A DNA stretch of 64,000 nucleotides, taken from assembly GCA_020137815.1 (NCBI GenBank), contig CM035351.1, positions 1 to 64,000 of the forward strand, in the 5' to 3' direction. The position numbers were made by a program, and so were the translations under genes. Origin of the DNA: Hormiphora californensis (lineage: Eukaryota > Animalia > Ctenophora). Positions 26,852-64,000 of the stretch are shown piece by piece (the first letter of the stretch is position 1; each line of letters opens with the position of its first letter). The notes beneath the pieces are model-generated. The model worked only from the letters and a program-made list of their open reading frames with translations. It made no database searches and was not told where the DNA came from.

Positions 26852-27280
26852 GCAGGGGAGGATAGATTTTATACGTTTTTGGAGACCTATAATAAGAGAT
26901 GGCTTAAAGCACTTCGTTTAAGTGTACATTTCAAATCTCTAGTTGTTGTAGTTGCAGAAATAATGAACATTCTTTTTTCAAAAAGTAGAGTGCTGGGGTG
27001 GCATTAATTCTTCCCATTCTATTGTAAACTGTTTTAGTGAATATATGTTGTCATATGTACATTGCTATTGACTGTTTTTATGATTAATTTGATTAGTCTT
27101 CACTAAATCCGATTTAATTCTTCTTTCTCCAGTTTTACCTTTTGTGGAGCACGCGATTCTTCCCTGTTTGCATCGCCTTTATAACCGCGCGTTTATTAAC
27201 TGCATTGCGCGCCGCGCAAAGTTTCACATTTAAAATTAAATCCGCGCCGATGATTTTCAAATTTTTTCACGTGTTCCTTT

Positions 27281-28027
27281 GGGCGCGATTATAATCTGGG
27301 TGCCTTGCAGCGTGTTTACAGGTGCGCGCTACCAAAAAAGTACACCTAAAACCACTTAGACCGACTTTTTTCAAACGGCTATAGCCGTGCAACCACATGA
27401 TCGATTTCAGTAAACTAAACGGTATCTGATAGAGAATCGATAGCCCTAACCGATAACCCCAAACAAAACCCTAACCCGACCCTAACAACAGCCCTAACCC
27501 GTCTCGACCGCCAAAATCGATGAATTGTTAGCAATGGAAGGCACCCAGATTTTAACGTTTTCCTGTTCCTTTTTGGCAAACGTTGAAATCTTTGAAAAGC
27601 GCCGCCTTATCCTTTGAAAAGCGCTGCCAGCAACGTTTGCCAACCTTATCCTATCGGGTGCCAGCAGCGTTTGCCAATTGAAATCTCGGTGTTTGGAGTG
27701 TCCTGGAGTGTCAACACTCACGGTTTTTAGGGTTAGAACTTGGGTTGGGGTTATGGTTTGACATTTCCTATCAGATAAACTTTGGATTAGCCAAAACGGT
27801 TGAGTGGTTTGGCAGTTAGAGGCTAAAGTGCGTTTCAAACGACTTGACCTGAGATTCCTGGAAATTCAGGATTTCCCCTTTGTAAATACACGCACGATGC
27901 GCCGAGTTCCAAGAATTACGGGTCAAGTCGTTTGAAACGCACTTTAGAGCCGTGTTAGTGCAGGGTACTTTTTTGGCAGCGTGTACCTGTAAACAGGCTT
28001 CCAAACATCCAGATCGTACCGGCGCCC
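27281..28027. mobile_element. TIR element with internal telomere-like motifs
   Basis: gtttacaggtgcgcgctaccaaaaaagtac vs gtacttttttggcagcgtgtacctgtaaac; internal ccctaacc/gggttag. Confidence 0.6.
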
Positions 28028-28249
28028 TCCTTTTTTGGGCTAAGTTTAGGGTAATCGTCCGGAAGTTTACCTAATGATCTGTTTAGACGTGTTTTATTGA
28101 TTTATGATAGGTTTAATCCTGAACAAGATCTGATTGATATGATAGGTTGAGACTCGAGCCGATTCGACAATATAATACCAAAGCACCGTTATAGTCACTG
28201 CGGTCCGCGGTAGTCATCGTAGTCACAGATAGTTTACAAGTTTACAATT

Positions 28250-29455
28250 AAAGTTTTATTTATAAAGAAACAGGCCTTCCCTGAATGGGTCCACCTAAAT
28301 AAATATTAAGTTAACTATCCCTTCACACTCACACTCATCAGCACAGCACAGCACATTGAGGCGAAAGGTCATTTGGAAGTGGCGGGTACCCTCTGACTGG
28401 AGGACGATCGTGAAATCCTGTCAAGTAATTGCCCAATGAAGATTTGAACTGATCTAAGCTCACACAAGAATTGACAGCAGCTGGTAGAGTGTTCCATAAA
28501 TGAGCTGCTCTTGGACCAAATGAGCAGTGAAATTGATTAGCTCGTTTCGTTTCTGCTCTATAGGGGTAGGGTGGTGGGACTATCTGCATACCCAGTCTAG
28601 CGTGCTGTTGAAATACTACACAGTGGTTTTTAGGTGGACATACGGAAAAAAATTTCTAAAAATGGTTCTATCCGATAGATACTAGTCCATAGAGTTGTAT
28701 GCCATGCGACCCACCGATTGATTGCTTCTGAATCGATGCGTTATTTGAGTTTTTCGTCACCCTACCCCCCTCAAAATTACCACTGTGTACTAGGTTGGCA
28801 GAGTTAGGTACAAAACCATGAATCGTCTTCCACACATGAATCAGAATGTAGCGCTGTCTCCGACGCTGGAGGGACATAAGATTGAGCAATTTCAGTCTAT
28901 CCCAATAGTCATGACCCTGCAATCTGCATACCATCAAGACGTCTGGTGAAACAACGTTGGACATTCTCAATAGCCTTGATATCACCAGCCTTGGAAGGGT
29001 TCCAGACTAGGCAACAGTACTCAAGAATAGGCCTGACCAAGGCCCAGGTCAAAATTGTTGAAAAAGTGCTGGCAATGGGAAATTGGGGATCACATTGCCG
29101 GCATACAGGGTGCTGGCGCGTCCCCAGGGTGCTGGCGCGTGGCAATGGGGAGGCAATGCGAAAACTTCTCATTGCTCCATATTGCTGCCAGCACATGTGT
29201 GCTGGGAGCTAATTAGAACCTAGTGGCTAATTAAAACGCCAGAAAAGAGAGTGGACTTGAAAAGCTGTACCATAACCTCCGGAGAACGGTCCCGAAAAAC
29301 GCTGAATATCCAGCCACTCAAGAGGGAAGCCTTCCGCACTATGATAGAAATGTGCCTCGTCCATGACCCATCTGAAGACATCTGGACACCCAGATCACGA
29401 ACGTCAGGTTCGGGGGTCAACTGCACACCTGAGCTTGTAGTATATGAAAACACTT
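28250..29455 (-). pseudogene. Decayed LINE RT 3' half interrupted by two small insertions (~28617-28790 and ~29042-29253)
   Basis: VRDLGVQMS, LFKS|LVRPILEYC, LMSLQRRRQRY, WNTLP. Confidence 0.85.
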
Positions 29456-29824
29456 CAGCCTTACTGAGAGGGCGACTGTTAGAACAGCTGTTCTAGTTGC
29501 TGGTCACTTTAGTATAGTCATGAGTCTCTATTCAGTGTAGAATGTAGATACGTGAAACTGTAATGAGGTGAAATCCAATATAATAAGTTTTTGAAAAAAC
29601 ACATACGAAGCTATTCTCACTAAAACTTTCTACAAATTTGGTAATTTAAAATCACTATAAATCGTTAATCGTTAAATGTCGCTGTCAGTTTTGTGTGTCA
29701 TATCAGTCTGTTCCCGTCCCTGTCTGAAACATTTAGATATGTTAGTAACTAATTATCTGCGGCCTGGTCTGGGTAGTACCCCCAGTGGGTACTATATCTG
29801 TATTATATCTGTACTATATCTGTA

Positions 29825-31357
29825 CTATATCTGTGACACTCTGTACGCAAATTGTTTCTTCTCCCCGTTCTTTTGAGGGACAAATAACCGAGAGTCTTCA
29901 GCTGTAACTCTCTTAATGGGCTTTACAGCATGTGTTGGTATTGTCCTGCCCTGTGTTGGTATTGTCCTGCCTTGTGACACAACTTTAGTTTGTGAAGTTA
30001 CTGGGTGTGGTGGTGCCCGCTGTGAGGAAAGTGAAGAAACAACAGATTTTCTATTGTCCGTACTTCTCTGATGTTTGGTGGTGTTTGGGATGTGTGTTGC
30101 CATGGTAACGTTGTTGTTTGGAGTGAATATATCCTCCATTGAAAAACAGAGAGATCTCTGGGGAGGGACTAGCTGTCCTCCAAACAGATCTCCCATAGAG
30201 CTGTGTAGTTTAGAACTTCTGAAACAATCTTGCAGAGTGTCTTCTAAAAAGTAGTCCTCAGTAATATTCTCCCAGGGATCTGAAATGTTTGTTGTCATGG
30301 TAACGCTGTACACTGCAGTACAGAGAGCACGTGTAAAGCCATGTTGTCATGGTAACGCTGTACAGAGAGCACGTGTAAGCCCATGTTGTCATGGTAACGC
30401 TGTGTTAAGGTTTGTTACCTGTATTAGCGAAGTTTGGATGTTTCGCGGCCTTGTATCCATGGGAAATTAACTCCTGAATAGTGGTAGCATCTTTGAGGCT
30501 GGCACATAGCAACCCAATAGCTTCAAAACTCTCCCTGCTTCTTTTAACGATCACTAAAACACTACAGCCGTACTGATAGCAGTATCCTATATCCTGAAGG
30601 GAGAGTGGTTTATAATACAAATCATTCCTTGGATTTCCAATGAAAACGGGCGTTATCTTAATAATGACTTATCATTAATGAACAGCTTGCATGATGCATG
30701 GTCTCTGATTTAAAGGTTGATTCTACATTATATGGGTGCAGTTACATGCAGTCCCCTACTACAGGTTCAATCTTAGATACTGCCGCACAAATCAAATCAA
30801 ATCAATACAATTATCTTTCTAAATATTTAGTAGGTAATGTACCTCCATACTAATGATCTCGTTCTCGTTGTATCGTATAGATCCGCACACTACAGAGGGA
30901 CTTGTAACTTTGAGACGGCAGTGTTTCTTAACCAGACCCAGATGCGGCACTCGGGAAATAATCCGGTTGTGACACTCCCAGGCAACATCGTGAAGAAACC
31001 TATTTCTCCAGTTTTCAATGTAACAACCTCCTGATAGGGGGAATAGTATTTGCAGTTAATTAGTGGTAATTAGTGGTAATTAGCTGTGAGTTATATAACC
31101 CACACTTTCTTAAAGTCATGGTTCATGTGGTAACACGTAACAATACAATGATAATACCCCCCCCCCCACCCAAACAATACTCTGCAAGACTACAGTGACA
31201 AGTCACAACTTTATTAGGGACATCTACATTATACCATAGCTCAAGAAGGCAACCTCCCTCCCTAGAAGGAGTGATTCTTGTTATTGTGTGTTTGGGACAA
31301 CGTGCAATGATCCTAGTAAAATATGCATGTTGGTTGTTGGTGAGTGAGAGAGGAAGC
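29825..31357 (-). CDS. Partial multi-exon gene with a PTB/PH-like segment and low-complexity tail
   Basis: Phase-consistent exons (~31357 or 31312)-31170, 31030-30843, 30593-30419, 30312-29825; DIGYCY...FEAIGLLCASLKDATTIQELI; 5' end unresolved. Confidence 0.6.
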
Positions 31358-32048
31358 TAGGAAGACGAGAGGGCAGAGGCTGTATAGAGATTGTTTGGAG
31401 CACCAGAGAGAGAATTGAGAAATGGGTTGGTCATGGTAGGAGGTAACCATGGTAACCAGGGTAGAAGGTATTAAAAGGAGATTAAGCTGCTCAAATGTGA
31501 GCTCCAACACATCTACTTGAAATGGGTGATGGCTATAGTGGTTCTAGGGTGTAACTGCAGGTCATAATAACCCAGGCTCCAATTAATAATTAATATTACT
31601 AATTACCAATGTGGTAAAGGTTGAAGGTTCTCTTTCGTTTTTTATTAGCAAACATCAATTCATATCTGTTGAAACGTGTTAGATTTTATGTAACAGGCTT
31701 TATAAAAGATAGCGAGAGAGGCAGGGTAAAAAGGCATGATACAATACAGGGAAGTAGGGAAAATGATAGGACATATTGTAGGGCAGCTCTCAATACAAAG
31801 ACAAGTATCATGTAGGATAGGTCAATACAAAGACAAGTAAGACAGGTCAATACAAACAACAGTAGCTGCAGGAATGAGAGGTATTTGTTCACAAGAAGAT
31901 AAACAATGATTGACACGGCCCTCCCTGCTGCAGCCGCCTGCCGCACTGGTCATGAGCTCGGGATACTGGGAATATTGAATTATCTCCCATCACACAAGAA
32001 ATAGGATTCCTGTGGACACACGGAAAGAATGAAAAGCTCTTGTCAAGG

Positions 32049-32102
<54 letters not shown>

Positions 32103-32112
32103 TGATAGAGAG

Positions 32113-32159
<47 letters not shown>

Positions 32160-33701
32160 AGAGAGAGAGAGAGAAGAGAGAGAGAGAGATAGAGAGAGAG
32201 AGAGACTCTCTCTCTCTCTCTAAAAAAAGAGAGAGAGAGAGAGAGAGAAAGCTGAAAGACACGATGACATATAGTGGATGAGTAAGCACACTAAAGCACA
32301 CGATATTGAAGGAGAATGGCAAGTTATGCTTAGCGATCCATTACGCTCATGGTCGTCACTGAAAAATGAAAAAAAGAGAGAGAGAGAGAGAAGGAGAGAG
32401 AAGGAGGGAGAAGGAGGGAGAGAAGGAAGGAGAGAGAAGGAAGGAGAGAAGGAAGAAGAGAAGGGAAGAGAGAGAATGAGAGAAGGGAAGATGTGAGTTA
32501 ACAAATGACAAAGAGACTAGATGAGCAGGGAGTAATGGCTGCAGTTTAACTTTTCATCAACAACTCAAGTAATGAAGTATCAGGTGTCTGCTGCTGCAGG
32601 GGTGAACATTAATGGGGGAACAGATGAGAGATAGGAGTGAGGAGTGAGGGGAGGGATGTTTTCTTAAACAGGAGGGGGATTAAAACCAGGTAAAGAATGA
32701 ACAGAAGAATGAACAGGAGGGGGATTAGGAAGGGAATGGTAAACACACAGTGAACACCAGCTACTAGGTACAATGCAACGTTGAACTAAAGAGATGTGCA
32801 TAGTAATAAGAGAGACCCAGAGAGAGAGAGGGGGGGCACAGTGGACTATTTAAAGGAGAGAGAAATGGAGTAAAAAGTAAAAAGTAAGGAGAGGGAGAAG
32901 GTCAGCAAGGCAAGGAGAGAGAAAGGGAAGGGAAGGAATATAGTGTTGTGTGTAGTGATAGTGTTGGCCATGGGGATAGAACAATGAAAAGAATGTGTGT
33001 GTGGGGGGGGCGGGTGGATGGGCGGGGGCAGGTGGGTGTGTGTTGGTGGGGGTGGATGGGCGGGTGGGTGTGTGTGGAGGGGGCGGGTGGATGGGCGGGG
33101 GCGGGTGGGTGTGTGGGGTGGATGGGTGGTTGTAAAATAGGAATCTGGAATAATGAACAGCCAGCTTTATATCAGTATAATATACAAAGTGATCTATTCC
33201 TGTGTATCAGTGTGATATATCAGTGTGTATAATATAGCTAGACGGTAGATACAACAGAAACAGTGGGACACACAACATGATAGTTGATACTGTGGATTGT
33301 GGAACTAGAGGGGAACACATGTGTTGAGACAACATGAGAGCAGCAACTAGTCGAGCAACTAGTTGAGGTGTGAGGATATGTTTTCTCTTTGAAGGAATAA
33401 CCCATATCATAACATCAGAGTAGAAACTTCTGGTAAATCAGAGGAGGGGAGAAACTTCCAGAAGGATTTGAATGAAAACAAACCCACCGATTGACACACA
33501 GTTCACATTTCACTATTAAACGACACGATATAGGTGTGTAATATTACCGGTTCAGCGGACAGGCATCATGGGATTCTAACACACACTTACACACAACTAC
33601 CCCCTCTCTCAGTCTGCCCTTCTGACAATCTTCGTCACTCGATCTCTAGCTCACTCATTTCGTGTGTCCCCCGTATTACTTCCATTATAGCCTCCTTCTC
33701 T

Positions 33702-33893
<192 letters not shown>

Positions 33894-33999
33894 ATCTCTC
33901 TATCCCTCCCTCCCACAGCTGTTCACTAATCACCAACAAACAGCTCGTGTTATCTCAGTACAGCACCACTCTGCAGTCCTTAGTCCTCAGTTCTACATT

Positions 34000-34310
34000 G
34001 ATCAGTTTCACGTTGTTCATGTTGTATTAATATCACATTTCACAGTTCTACATTTGATATTAATATCACATTTCTCAGTTCACGTTGTTCATGTTGTATT
34101 GATATCACATTTCACAGTTCTACATTTGATATTAATATCACATTTCACAGTTCTACATTTGATATTAATATCACATTTCTCAGTTCACGTTGTTCATGTT
34201 GTATTAATATCACATTTCACAGTTCTACATTTGATATTAATATCACATTTCTCAGTTCACGTTGTATTAATATCAAATTTCTCAGTTCACGTTGTATTGA
34301 TCACAGTTCA
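34000..34310. repeat. Degenerate ~28-bp tandem repeat downstream of the Kv stop
   Basis: tattaatatcacatttcacagttc units. Confidence 0.85.
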
Positions 34311-34354
34311 CAACAATATTGTCCAATTCTGTATCGGTCCACTATCACAGTTTT

Positions 34355-54625
<20,271 letters not shown>

Positions 54626-54895
54626 TATTGGAGTTTTACACACTAGCTGACTTAACACGGATCTTTCTAACTCTCTGCAGGGTGTGGCGAGAGAGGGTCG
54701 AACAAGGCAAGGTGCAGTAGACACAAGGTGTATTGGTAGTAGATGCAGGCCAACTCTCTACCAGGCTAATTGGGTAATGTGGCACTGCATGTCTCACCCC
54801 TGTGTGCCATAGGTTTGGGGCAAAACAATTAAATTTTCAGTTCCTTCTTGTACTTGTGTGTTTCTTTTGACGTGGGTCGGTACTTGCAAGCTGGG

Positions 54896-54976
<81 letters not shown>

Positions 54977-56571
54977 AGAGAGAGAATCTAGTAAAATTTC
55001 AACACCGGTTTGATTGATAGAATATTCCGACTCTATATGCTGGTGACTCTATCCTGGATTATTATTTCTTTACTCTCTCCAACTACTCGCTACACATCTA
55101 TCAACATCTACCTACATCATTAGGTACTATCTTTGTATGCTGAATAGTGCATCTGCCGATGTAACCCCCCCCCCCCCCCCCCCCCCGGCCGCCCCTCCAT
55201 TCGCTATATTAGTGGTTAGGTGAACATTATTTTGCGACATTATTTTGCGACAGAATACTATTCATTACTACGTGTGTTGTGTACCTGATAGTAGGTGGTA
55301 TAACATGTGTACATTGATTAACATGTAGTTCTACTTGTGTCTCTAGATAGTACGTGTAACGTGTGGTGGGAACATTAGTGTCCTCAGTGAAGTGTGTAGT
55401 GACATGGTACTACAGTGTAAATCGAGACACAGCTTCCTGAAATATTCTTCAACTTTCCTTTACCATTGTATTGTAGCTGTAATATCTTATGTGCACAACT
55501 TTTAAAATAATACAAAATATAATCATGGCGTTGAAAAAAGCTAAGCGAATGCTACATCTAGGTAAAAACTAAGTAAAATGTGAACGACACTGGACACAAT
55601 TTAAACATACCAAATTTTAACGAAATTGTCCTGTTTTGTCGTTCACCTTTTACCTATGCTCTCAGGTTCCACCTAGCTTTTTCATATCTAACTTTCACCT
55701 ACCTTTGTTCTTCAATATCCCTCAATTTTTCGTTGGGATATTTTGAGGTCAGCGCTTGGACTTTGTTCAGTTTGTATTTTGCAGGGGATATTATAGTTGG
55801 TGTCACCAGCTTGGTGATCACACAGTCACCCTTACAACTCCCACGTGCACGCGTACAGCAGTAAAACGAAGCCTGCGAAGAGGTTGTTATGTTCTAACCC
55901 TCCTTTAACACAGTCTAGCTGGGCAACGAAGAGGTGACGGGGCCACCAATTATTGTATTACAGCTCTTTATTTCTTGAACTGTCAACTCTACAAAACATT
56001 TCTCTTCATTGGGGTAGGATTGTCAACCTTTTATTTTGTAAAGTTACCTAATAAAGAAATGAATTCTCCACCACGTACTGTGATATTACTGTGATGTTTA
56101 GTTTTTCAAATTATTACCAACTGAATGCCCAACATTGCGGGAGAGTGTACTATATAACACGGTCGCTTGTAGTGGGAAAACGGTAATGGAAAACTGAGAT
56201 ACAGTAAGACGACGCGCAACCGTGGCCAATCAGGGCGCTAGTACGTGCTGAACACATGCACTTTTTGCTGCGTGTTATGCAACGTGCGTGTCTCATTACT
56301 GTATTTCTATTACGGTAGTACGACTACAAGCAGCACTGTATCAGCTGTATTAGCCACAACTACACCTGCCGGTAACAAAGACTGAATAACGTAACCAAAG
56401 CGTTGTTAGTAACCATGGTAACCAAAGCGTTGATAAACTTGCCCAACATTTTCCTTCTCCCACGATTAACTAAATGTATTATAGCTATGTAAGGTACTAT
56501 TAACTAACTAAATGTATTATAGCTATGTAAGGTACTATTAACTAACTAAATGTATTATAGCTATGTAAGAG

Positions 56572-64000
<7,429 letters not shown>

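Noticed and set aside
31600-33500. Possible further 5' exons of the PTB-like gene
   Set aside because: Could not build a phase-consistent model without transcript data

Overview
Left end of an animal chromosome. It opens with about 595 bp of (CCCTAA)n telomere, followed by compact, intron-containing, transposon-rich DNA. It is probably a ctenophore; this is an inference from a tandem WDLEGTPLQIKTDS domain gene and has not been checked by search. Hand-spliced genes: a subtelomeric repeat-domain/Sushi gene (-), a 2-exon lipase-like hydrolase (+), an intronless SDR (+) only 180 nt upstream of an 18-exon ALIX/PDCD6IP (+), a PTB-like gene (-), a 4-exon Shaker-family Kv channel (-) and an X11/Mint (APBA)-like gene (+, runs off the window). 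The ~16.8-kb Kv intron holds a ~15.9-kb nested transposon stack. At its core is a 460-bp tandem array carrying five minimal type I hammerhead ribozyme motifs, a retrozyme-like element and the most novel signal here. That array is split by a 5.7-kb insertion carrying a multi-exon orphan gene and an ORF1-only LINE. A second recurrent oddity is tandem amplification of splice sites at exon borders, up to 19 acceptor copies, in several genes.
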